The notes under the pieces were generated by a model, which made no database searches, was not told the DNA's origin, and saw only the letters and a program-made list of their open reading frames with translations. The translations under genes and the position numbers were made by a program. DNA of 64,000 bases from Fibrobacteria bacterium (GTDB taxonomy: Bacteria > Fibrobacterota > Fibrobacteria > UBA11236 > JADFYW01): assembly GCA_015232855.1 (NCBI GenBank), contig JADFYW010000009.1:4882-68881 (forward strand). The letters run 5' to 3'. This document shows positions 53,779-63,614 of the stretch, one piece after another. Within the stretch, counting starts at the first letter, position 1, and every line of letters begins with the position of its first letter.

Positions 53779-55548
53779 TTATAAGCTACCCTTTACCAAT
53801 AGGGTAAACTTCCAGGTGTCAAGTATATCGCGGTATTTAGGGTCAAGGGGAAAAGCAATGTTGAGATGGGTGACGGTCTGTTGAACTGAGCGTGTGGCAC
53901 CCAGGCGTAGCCCGAAACCAGCAGAGTAATGCAGGCCTAAGGCCTCAAAATCCTGGTAATGGGCATATGCATCACCGGCATTAAGAAACATCGCAAGGGC
54001 AGGGGCTACGGTCCCCATTTCCAGATTAGGAAAATAACGCTGTTCCAGTTCTATTAACAGTCGCGCCTGACCCGCAAAAAAGCGGTTGGGGTAGCCATTT
54101 AAGCCTTGTTCGCCCCCCAACACAAGCTGAGAGGCCTCTTCCCGTGCAAAATAATGCTTCCACTGGGTAGCAAAATAACTTGCATGTTTGGCAGAGGGCC
54201 TCCATTGGTACTCGCAAACTCCGGCCAGAGTCCCGTCTTCTAATTGTCCACTATAATCCAGAAAATAACCCGTTGATAACCGGGTGAGTATAAAATGCCG
54301 TGATTTCCAGGCGTTAACATAGGCCAGTAAATGTCGCAGATACAGGCTACTGTTTTTAGCCCCTAAAAACGGCACATTTTGTGCAATGCCTGTGGCAATT
54401 CGAAATCCCACATCGAGATTTTCGCTCCACTTCAGGTTCCTGAAATTTTTTACTGTCTTGTACTGGTTTTGAAAATAACTGAAATAAATACCAGATAGAA
54501 AGTCTGTCCGATTATCCAGTTGGAATTTGTGCAAAGCATCTTCGGAAACTTGAGAGTGCTCCTGTAAACTTTTGTTTATGAGAAAGGGTGTCCCGGATTC
54601 CTGATAGATATCGGTCCAATTAATGGTAAGAGAAAGATTTAATTTGTGCTTTGTCCCAAATGACCTGGTAAGGCTGCCAGAAACGTTAAGCTCTACTACA
54701 TCTTCATATCTGAGAAAAAGAGCGGGACCCACATCAGACTTGTCAAAAAATAGCAAAGTGGTACCGGTGGAAGCGGATGCCTTTTGCTTACGGGCCACCC
54801 CGGGCTTATCCGCATCAAGGTAATAATAAATATCCCGCTTATAACCATAACCGCTTAATAACATGCCCCACTTTTGCTGCTTGGAAAGTAGTGGCCGTTT
54901 GAGGCTGTACTCATATTTATAACCATCGGACAGTTTTGCGGCGAGCCCGGAGAGTTCCAGAGAATTCCAGATAAAAGCCTTGTTTTCATACTGGAGCATG
55001 TATATGTTTCTGTCCACTTCATGGCCATAGATCAATGCAATTTTCTGACCGGTCCCCAGGAGATTACTTTCCACAGGACCCAAAAACCAGGTCCATTCAT
55101 CGCCTGGTTTTTGTAAGTTCCAGGCGGGTATGGTCGAAAACTGATCAAAAGTTGTTATGCGTATATTGGCATGTCCGTTTTTTTTTCGCTGAACTTCAAT
55201 AATCGCGTCTGCCAGAAACTCTTCCTTCCTGAGGCGCCGCTCAGTTTCAATCAACAGCTCTTGGTTTACCTCAGTCCCCTTTTTAAAAAGGAGTCGTTTC
55301 TTAATGGTAACAGTCTTGCTTTCAATATGTAAACGATTCCCCATATCAAAATAGAAGGCCTCCATATCGCTGTTTGCGCGTGAACCATCAAAGGCGTCAT
55401 AGATTTTAAAGTTGATAGAATCAACCACAGCTCTAAATTCCGCATCAAGTTCTCTTGCCGGAGAGTATCCGTCAGCAGGTGTGAAGTTCCGGTTATTCGC
55501 AAACGCATAAAGAGGAAGACACAAACAAATAAATAAAAGCATGGGCAT
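53779..55548 (-). CDS. Omp85-family outer-membrane protein (BamA/TamA-like, surface antigen D15 domain)
   Basis: Signal peptide, a POTRA-like N-terminus, and a C-terminal beta-barrel with a YSAGFGLRLG.. motif. Confidence 0.55.
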   Translation of the reverse strand: MPMLLFICLCLPLYAFANNRNFTPADGYSPARELDAEFRAVVDSINFKIYDAFDGSRANSDMEAFYFDMGNRLHIESKTVTIKKRLLFKKGTEVNQELLIETERRLRKEEFLADAIIEVQRKKNGHANIRITTFDQFSTIPAWNLQKPGDEWTWFLGPVESNLLGTGQKIALIYGHEVDRNIYMLQYENKAFIWNSLELSGLAAKLSDGYKYEYSLKRPLLSKQQKWGMLLSGYGYKRDIYYYLDADKPGVARKQKASASTGTTLLFFDKSDVGPALFLRYEDVVELNVSGSLTRSFGTKHKLNLSLTINWTDIYQESGTPFLINKSLQEHSQVSEDALHKFQLDNRTDFLSGIYFSYFQNQYKTVKNFRNLKWSENLDVGFRIATGIAQNVPFLGAKNSSLYLRHLLAYVNAWKSRHFILTRLSTGYFLDYSGQLEDGTLAGVCEYQWRPSAKHASYFATQWKHYFAREEASQLVLGGEQGLNGYPNRFFAGQARLLIELEQRYFPNLEMGTVAPALAMFLNAGDAYAHYQDFEALGLHYSAGFGLRLGATRSVQQTVTHLNIAFPLDPKYRDILDTWKFTLLVKGSL

Positions 55549-55626
55549 TTACATAAGTTAAAAAAAATTACTCACAAAAAGGCAAAGGGCATCAGTTTCT
55601 GCTTTTTCATGTGAGAGAGGTAAAAA

Positions 55627-56046
55627 AGAAAGCGGGTCTATAAGCCGGGTTTTGTCACAGCTCTGCCAACGGCAAAGCCGGGATGATCATCTATCTGGGA
55701 CTGCTGTTACCAACAGCCTCTAGCTACCTACCCGAAAGTATGCCGGAGCGGACCACTCCGGTTCCTCCTTTCCGCAAAGCGAAAAAAAAGAATCCTTCCC
55801 TATTTGGTATTGCACCGGATGGGGTTTACCCTGCCGTCCCTGTCACCAGGAGCGCGGTGAGCTCTTACCTCACCATTTCACCCTTACCATCTTTTGCCAG
55901 TCATAGACCTGCGCCAGATGGCGGTATATTTTCTGCGGCACTTTCCTTCCGTCACCGAAACTGGCCGTTAACCAGCATCCCGCCCTTTGGTGCCCGGACT
56001 TTCCTCTGAAAAGAAAACCTTTCAGCGATCATCCGACCCGCTTTCT
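55627..56046 (-). ncRNA. rnpB: RNase P RNA, bacterial type A
   Basis: The minus strand carries the universal GAGGAAAGTCCGGGC (plus-strand 55992..56006) and ACAAAACCCGGCTTAT near the 3' end. P1 pairing is AGAAAGCGGGTC (5') with GACCCGCTTTCT (3'). The region is GC-rich. The overlapping plus-strand ORF 55683..56009 is spurious. Ends are approximate (+/-10 nt). Confidence 0.9.
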
Positions 56047-56074
56047 CATCACTAAAATACTTCGGGGCCCGGTA

Positions 56075-57349
56075 TTATCCAATCTGAGAAAGTGCTTTTT
56101 TTGCCGCTTCAGCAGTTTTGTCTAAAATATCATCAGTATGGGCAGATGATAGAAAGCCTGCTTCAAACTGGGATGGGGCCAGATAGATTCCATTGGCAAG
56201 CATAGCGCGAAACCAGGCTGCAAATTTTTCAGTGTCTGATTTACAGGCATCTTCATAAGAAGAAACAGGTCCGGGAGTAAAAAAAACGGTCATCATGGAG
56301 CCTACTCGGTTAATCCAGAATGGCAGGCCACTGGCCTCAAAAGCAGAACGTAAATCATCTTCCCAACGCTTGGCTTGTGTTTCCAGTTTTTCATAAAATC
56401 CTGGTTTTTGGAGAGCTTTGAGTGTTGCTATGCCTGCAGCAGTTGCAAGTGGATTTCCAGAAAGGGTGCCTGCCTGATACACAGGCCCTGAAGGGCTTAA
56501 TTGCTCCATTATTTCCCGTTTACCGCCATAGGCACCAACCGGAAGACCGCCACCTATAATTTTACCCATGGTAGTAAGATCCGGAGTAACTTGATATCTC
56601 CCTTGAGCTCCGGTCAGACTTACCCGAAAGCCAGTCATAACTTCATCAAAAATTAACAAGCTACCGTTTTTATCACAAAGTTCCCGCAGGCCTTCCAAAA
56701 AACCTGGCGCTGGAGGGATGGTACCCATATTACCGGCTATGGGTTCGACAATAAGACAAGCTATATTTTTTCCATGCTTTTCAAATAATGCACTTACTGA
56801 GTCCAGGCTGTTAAAATCTGCAAGCAATGTATCGGCAGAGGCGCCTTTGGTGACACCGGGGCTTGAAGGGCGTCCGAAGGTAAGAGCACCAGAACCTGCT
56901 TCAATCAGAAAACTGTCGCCATGACCATGATAACATCCCCGGAATTTAATGAGTAAATCCCGGCCGGTAAATCCCCTGGCCAGACGTAGTGCGCTCATGG
57001 TTGCTTCAGTGCCCGAGTTAACCAAACGGACCATCTCAATTGAAGGCATGATAGAACAGATAAGTTCGGCCATCTCAAGCTCGGCTTTTGTACAAGCACC
57101 AAAACTAACACCTTTTTTGGCAGCTTCAATAATAGAATCAGTAACTTCAGGAAAACTATGTCCGAGGATCATAGGTCCCCAGGAGCCGACATAATCGATA
57201 TATGCTTTCTCCTCTGTATCATATATATATGGACCTTTGGCAGCAGAAATAAATATCGGGTCCATGCCCACCGATTTAAAAGCGCGTACGGGCGAGTTCA
57301 CACCACCTGGAATATATTGACGAGATTTATCAAACAATGAAACATTCAT
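56075..57349 (-). CDS. hemL: Glutamate-1-semialdehyde 2,1-aminomutase
   Basis: [11 protein letters not shown] and the class-III aminotransferase core (..FDEVMTGFR..). Confidence 0.95.
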   Translation of the reverse strand: MNVSLFDKSRQYIPGGVNSPVRAFKSVGMDPIFISAAKGPYIYDTEEKAYIDYVGSWGPMILGHSFPEVTDSIIEAAKKGVSFGACTKAELEMAELICSIMPSIEMVRLVNSGTEATMSALRLARGFTGRDLLIKFRGCYHGHGDSFLIEAGSGALTFGRPSSPGVTKGASADTLLADFNSLDSVSALFEKHGKNIACLIVEPIAGNMGTIPPAPGFLEGLRELCDKNGSLLIFDEVMTGFRVSLTGAQGRYQVTPDLTTMGKIIGGGLPVGAYGGKREIMEQLSPSGPVYQAGTLSGNPLATAAGIATLKALQKPGFYEKLETQAKRWEDDLRSAFEASGLPFWINRVGSMMTVFFTPGPVSSYEDACKSDTEKFAAWFRAMLANGIYLAPSQFEAGFLSSAHTDDILDKTAEAAKKALSQIG

Positions 57350-57363
57350 ATTCAGGGATCCTT

Positions 57364-58146
57364 TTAGGGTTTGTTTTGGTAATAATTTTTAAGGCACCGG
57401 AGGAGGCCTTCATTGTTTGCTTTGGTAGCTTCTTCAAAATTTTCTACACCGTAATGTCTCAGAGCTTCAGAGGCGGATGGCCCTATTGAAAATAGAGCCA
57501 GAGAATCGGGAACAGAAACAGATGTGCTTGTAGTCGGGGGCTGTAAACATTCAAAAAAATTGTGTACCATAGATCCTGAAGTAAATACAATGGCGTTAAT
57601 ACGAGGTAACAACGGTACCAGTTTCTCAGCAGTGCCTGATGGAATTGCAGGTGTATACACAGGATAATTAGCAATGACAACTTTTTTTCGGGCAAAGTCT
57701 TCGGGATTAAGGCGGGTAACATCAGAGCATGGGTGCAGCCATTTGCAGGGCCCGGCAGGTCTAAATTCCTTTAAAAAACCCTGTAGGCCCGCCTCTTTGC
57801 TGCAAAAATCTACCTTCCCGCCATATGCTTTAATTTTTTCTACTACTTTAGCGCTGATGGTGTAAACCGGTTTTCGCAGCCAGAAGGTTTTTAATGCCTC
57901 TGTAGCGCTTGTAGCGCCAGTCATGGGATCCAGTTTTGGAAAAAAGAATTCGATTCCGTGAACACTTGAAAAAAACAACCCGTTTACACTGGCAGGTGAG
58001 GGAACTGGCCTGGTTATACCCGTAAGCGGAGAAAGTTGTATCAGTGGTAATTCTATTACTTCAAAACCCACATCTTGTAAGCAGCTTGTTAAACTTGCGG
58101 CCTGGGCGGCTGGACGTGTATTTAAAATCCGGATTATTTCTGACAT
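57364..58146 (-). CDS. hemD: Uroporphyrinogen-III synthase
   Basis: [11 protein letters not shown]...[10 protein letters not shown], 260 aa, positioned between hemC and hemL. Confidence 0.75.
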   Translation of the reverse strand: MSEIIRILNTRPAAQAASLTSCLQDVGFEVIELPLIQLSPLTGITRPVPSPASVNGLFFSSVHGIEFFFPKLDPMTGATSATEALKTFWLRKPVYTISAKVVEKIKAYGGKVDFCSKEAGLQGFLKEFRPAGPCKWLHPCSDVTRLNPEDFARKKVVIANYPVYTPAIPSGTAEKLVPLLPRINAIVFTSGSMVHNFFECLQPPTTSTSVSVPDSLALFSIGPSASEALRHYGVENFEEATKANNEGLLRCLKNYYQNKP

Positions 58147-58165
58147 AGATTAACTCCTCAAATAT

Positions 58166-59128
58166 TCAGGACTCCGAATTATTTTCGTCCTGAAGTAAAG
58201 CGTGATCAGGTAAGTCTTTAGGAATAGGAATTTGCTTTTCCTTGCATTCTTCCAAAATGTTCCATACTACTTCCTCTGCCAGTTCCTCAATATCTTCAGG
58301 GGAAGCGGTTTTTTCATACTTGGCTCCCTTCAGGGTTTTTATTTCACCAAGTACGGCTGACATCCTGAGAGCGTCTCCAGATGGATAAACGTGACAGGCC
58401 ATGGGCGCTTTACAGCCTCCTCCAACAGCAGACATGAACTCTCGTTCCAAAAGAACACAAGCCTCGGTCAAATCCGAATTCACAGCACGTATGATTTTAA
58501 TAGTTGGGTTATCATTACGCCGGCACTCAATAGCAAGAGCGCCCTGGCCAATTGCGGGGACCATTTCATTCAAAGAAAAAAGATGAGCTGATTCATCAAA
58601 AATTCCTAGACGCTTCAAACCGGCAGCAGCTAATATAAGACCCTGGAGCTCGCCTGATTTAACTTTGTTGATACGGGTATCAATATTACCGCGGGTTAAT
58701 ACATATTCCAGGTCAGGTCGTATCCAACTTAACTGAAGAATACGTCTGGGAGAACCTGTACCGACTTTAGCTTTCGGAGGTAATTCGCGAAAGGACATAC
58801 CCTCTGAGATAAGAACGTCTCTGGCATCTTCCCGTTCAGGAAAAGAGGCCAGACAGAGTTCTTCGGGTTCTTGTTCCGGGACATCTTTTAGAGAGTGCAC
58901 TGCGCAATGAATATCACCTTGTAAAAGGGCGATTTGAAGTTCCTTAACAAATACGCCGAGATCTTTAAATTTATCCAGATCGGTTTTTTGGTCGATATCG
59001 CCTGTAGTTTTAATGATTTTAATTTCTATTTCAAGCTCGGGAAAGTGCTCTTGTAATACTCCTGCAACCCATTTGGTCTGGGTTACCGCAAGAAGGCTTC
59101 CACGGGTTCCGATAATCAATTTTTTCAT
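58166..59128 (-). CDS. hemC: Hydroxymethylbilane synthase (porphobilinogen deaminase)
   Basis: IGTRGSLLAVTQT.., HSLKDVP, RGNIDTR, and the cofactor-binding Cys region GGGCKAP. Confidence 0.95.
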   Translation of the reverse strand: MKKLIIGTRGSLLAVTQTKWVAGVLQEHFPELEIEIKIIKTTGDIDQKTDLDKFKDLGVFVKELQIALLQGDIHCAVHSLKDVPEQEPEELCLASFPEREDARDVLISEGMSFRELPPKAKVGTGSPRRILQLSWIRPDLEYVLTRGNIDTRINKVKSGELQGLILAAAGLKRLGIFDESAHLFSLNEMVPAIGQGALAIECRRNDNPTIKIIRAVNSDLTEACVLLEREFMSAVGGGCKAPMACHVYPSGDALRMSAVLGEIKTLKGAKYEKTASPEDIEELAEEVVWNILEECKEKQIPIPKDLPDHALLQDENNSES

Positions 59129-59400
59129 ATGTCTATTTCCTGGAGTTTCCGTGTATTGAATATTTCAAGTGCAATAAAATAGTTTATTAAAGAATCTAAT
59201 TCTTAACTTTTTAATGGCAGAAAACAATCATTAGCCCACACTCCTAAAAGAGTATAAAATTCTTCTGGTTATACCAATTAACTGCGGTTATATCTTAATG
59301 CCTTATCTCTAACCGGGAAATTTTGAAGTGATAATTAAAAAAACAGGAAGCTTGCTTTGATTTTTGATGGCACCAAAAAAATATGGGCTTTATATCCTGG

Positions 59401-59628
59401 CTATTTCTCAACAATGATTAGATATTTACCATCTCTTTTTGGAGAAATAGAAATAAGCTTGTGGCTATCAAGAGTAAGTGAAGTACTTATACTATCAAGA
59501 GCCTTTTCATTATCAATGAGCGCTTGCAATTGCTTTCCAGGATATATCTGAGAAAGTTTAACCTTAATTTTTGCATAATTAAGAGGGCAGGATATACCGC
59601 TTACGTCTATTTGTTCCATAAGGGTCAA
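59401..59628 (-). CDS. TusA/SirA-family sulfurtransferase-like protein
   Basis: 75 aa. DVSGISCPLNYAKIK matches the D-x-x-G-x-x-CP motif. Confidence 0.6.
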   Translation of the reverse strand: MTLMEQIDVSGISCPLNYAKIKVKLSQIYPGKQLQALIDNEKALDSISTSLTLDSHKLISISPKRDGKYLIIVEK

Positions 59629-59637
59629 TAAATAGAG

Positions 59638-59943
59638 TTACATACCGGGAAGTTTCATGCCTTGGGTAAGGCCGCCCAGTTTTTCTTGTGATTCAGCATC
59701 GATTTGTGATTTAACATTATGGTATGCTGCCAAAATTAAATCCTCAAGCGCTTCAACATCATCCGGATCTACAGCGTCGGGGTTGAGTTTGATATTCTGT
59801 AACTCATACTTACCATTCATTTCTATGGTAACCATTCCACCACCTGCATTAGCTTCAAAGACTTTTTCTTCTAATTCTGCCTGTACACGGGTCATTTTTC
59901 CCTGGAGTTTTTGCATGTTTTTCATCATTTTTTGCATATTCAT
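59638..59943 (-). CDS. ybaB: Nucleoid-associated protein YbaB/EbfC
   Basis: MQKMMKNMQKLQ..E....F...AGGGMV..EMNGK typical sequence. It is located downstream of dnaX, as in most bacteria. Confidence 0.9.
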   Translation of the reverse strand: MNMQKMMKNMQKLQGKMTRVQAELEEKVFEANAGGGMVTIEMNGKYELQNIKLNPDAVDPDDVEALEDLILAAYHNVKSQIDAESQEKLGGLTQGMKLPGM

Positions 59944-60107
59944 AAGAAAATACCTCTTCTAAATCGGTGAGCGGTCACGGCACTATTCTCCGATACCTGG
60001 GTTGTGAAATGAAAAATATAAAAACTTTTTGCTGGTTCGACTTTTACCTTTTTACGTCTAAAACCAGTTTAATAAAATGAGAAGATGGTTTTATTCATTA
60101 AAGCTGC

Positions 60108-61973
60108 TTACTTCATACCATAAACAACCCGTCCATCAAATAATTCAAGAATGTAGCCAATAATAGGATCTATTTCCACAAGTTCATCTTCACTAAGGAA
60201 GCCGTCTAGCTTGTATTTCCCTTGTGTTGAGGCTTGCTCTTGTTTTTTTTCTGGCTTTTCTTGTATTATCAATTGGAGATCTAAATCAAAATTAACAGGA
60301 TCTTCTGATTGTACATTTTCGCCAACTTGATATTTTGATAGCAGAAATTGCTTTAGAGCCTTTTGACAGTTTGTGTCATTTTTTACTAATCCAAAATGAG
60401 ACTCTTTTGTAAAATTAATTCGCAATAGGGTAGGATCTCCATCAATGAGTAATACCTGGGTCTCAAGGAAATATCCAGCTATAAGAGGTTGCTTGTCCAT
60501 TAGTTCAGAAATGAGTTCTTGCCACTTTTCTACTATATCCTGCAATGATACCAAGCGCTCAATTACCGGAGCAGGTGCTTCTGTATCAGTGTCAGAGAGG
60601 GGTTCCTCATAATCCTCGTTTTCATAATCGTGTGGTTCCTTTTGCTCTTCAGAAACAACCTGCATCCCGGGGATAACAGGAAGAGGAGTAGGATTTTGTT
60701 TTGCCTGCCCGTAAGAGGTTTGTGGAGCAGGGTCGCTTGGGAGTGGTGGTTCTCCTGATGATTCCAGGGGAACAGTCTGGTCTTGTTTATTGGGCTCCTG
60801 AGGAGGAGTACCTGTATTAATTATTTTTTTTTTTGCCCCTCGGCCAATTGGGAGGAGCTAATAAGTTCGGATAAGCTAACTACCCTGTCCAGACTGGCCA
60901 ATCTGGCCACCCCCATTTCAAGCGTTAGCAAAGCATTGGGTGAGGCTTTAAGTTCAAACATAATATCGGAAATTGTTTTAGTGTAACGAAGGATATCTCC
61001 GTCGGTAATATGTTCACTGAGCTTTAAAAGATGTGCATGACGTTGTGCGCTAATCCCAATATATTCAGGAGTGAAATCAGCCTGTTTTACATAAAGGATA
61101 GTATGGAGATACATTCCAAAACCACGAAGGATTTCTTCAATATCGATCCCCCGGTCATAAAATTTTCGTAGCACCGTAAAAGAAGCCTGTTTATCTTGAG
61201 CTATAACGGCTCTCAGTAGTTCATCATATAATTCATCCGGCGGAATCCCCAATACCTGGCGTACGGCTTCTGCTGAAAGAGAAGCACCCGAAAAAGCATA
61301 TACTTGATCAAACAGGCTAAGTGCGTCTCTCATACTACCATCTGCGCGTGTTGCCAGGGTGGAAAGGGCCTCAGGTTCAGCCTCTATTGATTCGTTTTGG
61401 CAAATGAATTCCAAACGTCCCCGTATGTCTTTTTCTGTAATGCGTTTAAAATCAAAGCGCTGTACCCGCGAAAGAATAGTTTGAGGTACCTTCCGAAATT
61501 CGGTGGTTGCAAAAATAAAAATGACATTGGGGGGGGGGCTCTTCGAGGGTCTTCAGTAAAGCGTTGAAGGCTTCTCTGGTAAGCATATGTACTTCATCAA
61601 TAATAAAGACTTTGTATTTACCCTCCATGGGAGCGTACTTAACCTGCTCTCGTAATTCGCGGATATCATCTACTCCACGATTTGAGGCTCCATCAATTTC
61701 CAGGACATCAATAGAATTACCTATTGAGATTTCTTTACATTGCTTACATTCTCCGCAGGGAGAAGGTGTAGGACCGTTTTTGCAATTGAGGGCTTTGGTT
61801 AATATTCTTGCTGAAGTTGTTTTACCAACACCGCGCGTACCGGTAAATAAATATCCATGGCCTATTTTACCTGAAGAAATGGCGTTTTTTAAAGTCTGGG
61901 TAACATGGCCTTGCCCCACAAGATCCTCAAAGTTTTCCGGTCGCCATTTTCTTGCTAATACTGTATAAGCCAT
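60108..61973 (-). CDS. dnaX: DNA polymerase III subunit gamma/tau (dnaX), reading frame interrupted at two homopolymer tracts
   Basis: There are three ORFs. ORF 61452..61973 holds the AAA+ N-terminus (GTRGVGKTT, zinc module [22 protein letters not shown]). ORF 60821..61414 holds domains II-III. ORF 60108..60665 holds the tau-type C-terminus. The canonical continuation [25 protein letters not shown] is in the +1 frame after the C10 run. The C-terminal ORF is reached by a -1 shift in the A11 run. Confidence 0.9.
60824..60834 (-). other. A11 homopolymer (T11 on plus strand): candidate slippery site at the dnaX gamma/tau junction
   Basis: The coding strand reads GGG CAA AAA AAA AAA TAA. The -1 frame stays open through the run and on into ORF 60108..60665. 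Confidence 0.6.
61529..61538 (-). other. C10 homopolymer (G10 on plus strand) breaking the dnaX AAA+ core
   Basis: GAG CCC CCC CCC CAA TGT.. gives [10 protein letters not shown].. and then a stop. With C9 or C12 the frame reads EPPP(P)[10 protein letters not shown].., which is the conserved sequence. Confidence 0.7.
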
Positions 61974-62034
61974 GATAATTTTTTAATGTTTGTCTACTCA
62001 AAGAATAGTTTATGCTGGGTGAAATTGGGCGAAA

Positions 62035-62922
62035 TTATTTTTTTTTGTGGGTGTAATAAATGAGTGTGGCTTTATTGCCCTTTTCGTTGAAATGCACCTC
62101 GTCAAAGATGTATTTTGCTATCATTATCCCCCGTCCATTCCTGTTCAGTACATTTATTTTGTTTTTGGGATCTGGTAGTTTCTTCCAGTTAAAACCGTTT
62201 CCTTCATCCATTACTACATATTCAACCTTGCATATAGAGGGAAAAACCTTTGTTTTAATAGTGACCACCCGGCTTTTAAAAGGTTCCCTGTTTGCTCGTT
62301 CCCAGGCAAGCTTAAAAAATGCTGCATGTTTTAATGCATTTCGTTTTTCTTCATAACTGATACCCAGATTACCGTGTTCGATTGCATTATTAATAATTTC
62401 ATTAAGCCCGAGTATCACCTGATATTTTGAATTTTCTTCTACTGGCAGGGAATTGTATACCAGGTTTTTTACCACCTGTACTACCAGAGAGAAATCATTT
62501 GGAATTACTATTTTTCGTTCTTCATATCGCACTGAAAAGGGATTGTACACATCTGAGCGTTCAGCAATGAGTTTTGCTAACTGATATAAAAGATCATCGG
62601 GATCAAGAGGTCTGATAAAACAATTCCAGGCTCCTGCCTGAATAAGAGCGGGTGCCTGATTTTTATTTGACAATATGGGTATAACGGGTATCCGGGATAT
62701 ATTTCTCCGAATATTATTTATATAGGTAATAGTATCTTCTTCAAACAACTCAGGGTCAAAAAAGAATGCGATGAATCCCTGTTTCTCCAGATCACCGGGC
62801 AAACCTCTATCAGGAGAGGTATATTCAATCTGAATATCCAATTGCCTGGCGCAATCAGTAACAACAGCCTTACAGGTTTCGTCTTTTACAAGTAGTAGTA
62901 ATTTTTTAACAGTATCACTCAT
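62035..62922 (-). CDS. Receiver-like domain fused to a GHKL ATPase of the anti-sigma (RsbW/SpoIIAB, HATPase_c_2) type
   Basis: The N-terminal CheY-like pattern has acidic pair KDE, FFFDPE as the putative acceptor Asp, and ILSN. FIRPL replaces the usual K-P. The C-terminus has NEIINNAIEHGN, VMDEGNGF and NGRGIMIAK. Confidence 0.6.
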   Translation of the reverse strand: MSDTVKKLLLLVKDETCKAVVTDCARQLDIQIEYTSPDRGLPGDLEKQGFIAFFFDPELFEEDTITYINNIRRNISRIPVIPILSNKNQAPALIQAGAWNCFIRPLDPDDLLYQLAKLIAERSDVYNPFSVRYEERKIVIPNDFSLVVQVVKNLVYNSLPVEENSKYQVILGLNEIINNAIEHGNLGISYEEKRNALKHAAFFKLAWERANREPFKSRVVTIKTKVFPSICKVEYVVMDEGNGFNWKKLPDPKNKINVLNRNGRGIMIAKYIFDEVHFNEKGNKATLIYYTHKKK

Positions 62923-63140
62923 ATACAGGTTATTATTTGGGACTGGTATTTACAAAAAAAGTAACTGGTGAAATGTTATTATAAATCTGAGTCAAAAACA
63001 AAGATAATTATTGCCAAAGTGTTTTTTTTCCCTACCCCTCAGGTATAAATTTTATATTACCGGCATATTTTTCGAAAGATGTTTCATATAGGCGTCTCTA
63101 TAATTATTTTAATTATTTTTAGATTTTATTTAAAGAACTC

Positions 63141-63605
63141 ATGACAACAATAACTCAATCTACCTCTATAGAATGCACTCCTCGTGAGCTGTTTCAGTTT
63201 CTGACTAAACCAGCTAATATTGTATCTGTTTCTCCGCATTTACCGTCTTTATCCTTTTATTCTCCCTCTCTTATGTTGGGTAAAGGACAAATAGTACATT
63301 CCGCCCTTAATTACGGTCTATTTCAACTCACCTGGAATACTAAAATCACAAAATTTGAACCCTATACCTTTTTCGAAGGAACCCTTGTTGAAGGTCCTTT
63401 TAAAAAATGGGTTCATCGTCATCATTTTGAGTACCAGGGTAAAAAAACCATCATCCATGATGAAATCGAGTATGAAGTCGGTCTGGGCCTTTTGGGTAAA
63501 CTTATTGAACGTCTGATTATTAATTATCAGATAGAGAATTTCCTGAAAGAAAGAATGAAAAATACCACTGCTAAAATCAAGCAGGTGCGGAAAAATATTG
63601 CCTGA
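63141..63605 (+). CDS. SRPBCC-superfamily (cyclase/dehydrase-like) protein
   Basis: 154 aa. The ...FEGTLVEGPFKKWVHRHHFE.. pattern is typical of this ligand-binding fold. Confidence 0.5.
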   Translation: MTTITQSTSIECTPRELFQFLTKPANIVSVSPHLPSLSFYSPSLMLGKGQIVHSALNYGLFQLTWNTKITKFEPYTFFEGTLVEGPFKKWVHRHHFEYQGKKTIIHDEIEYEVGLGLLGKLIERLIINYQIENFLKERMKNTTAKIKQVRKNIA

Positions 63606-63614
63606 CTTAGCTGA

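Noticed and set aside
55683-56009. 108-aa plus-strand ORF in a GC-rich patch
   Set aside because: It lies entirely inside the minus-strand RNase P RNA (GAGGAAAGTCCGGGC and other conserved elements). It is a Pro/Ser/Ala-rich artefact of structured-RNA sequence.
59944-60107. 164-nt spacer between dnaX and ybaB, checked for an SRP (4.5S) RNA because ffs is often linked to dnaX
   Set aside because: There is no GGAAGCAGCC-type domain IV motif on either strand. It contains only a modest hairpin (CTGGTT..AACCAG) with a T-rich tail, possibly an attenuating terminator.
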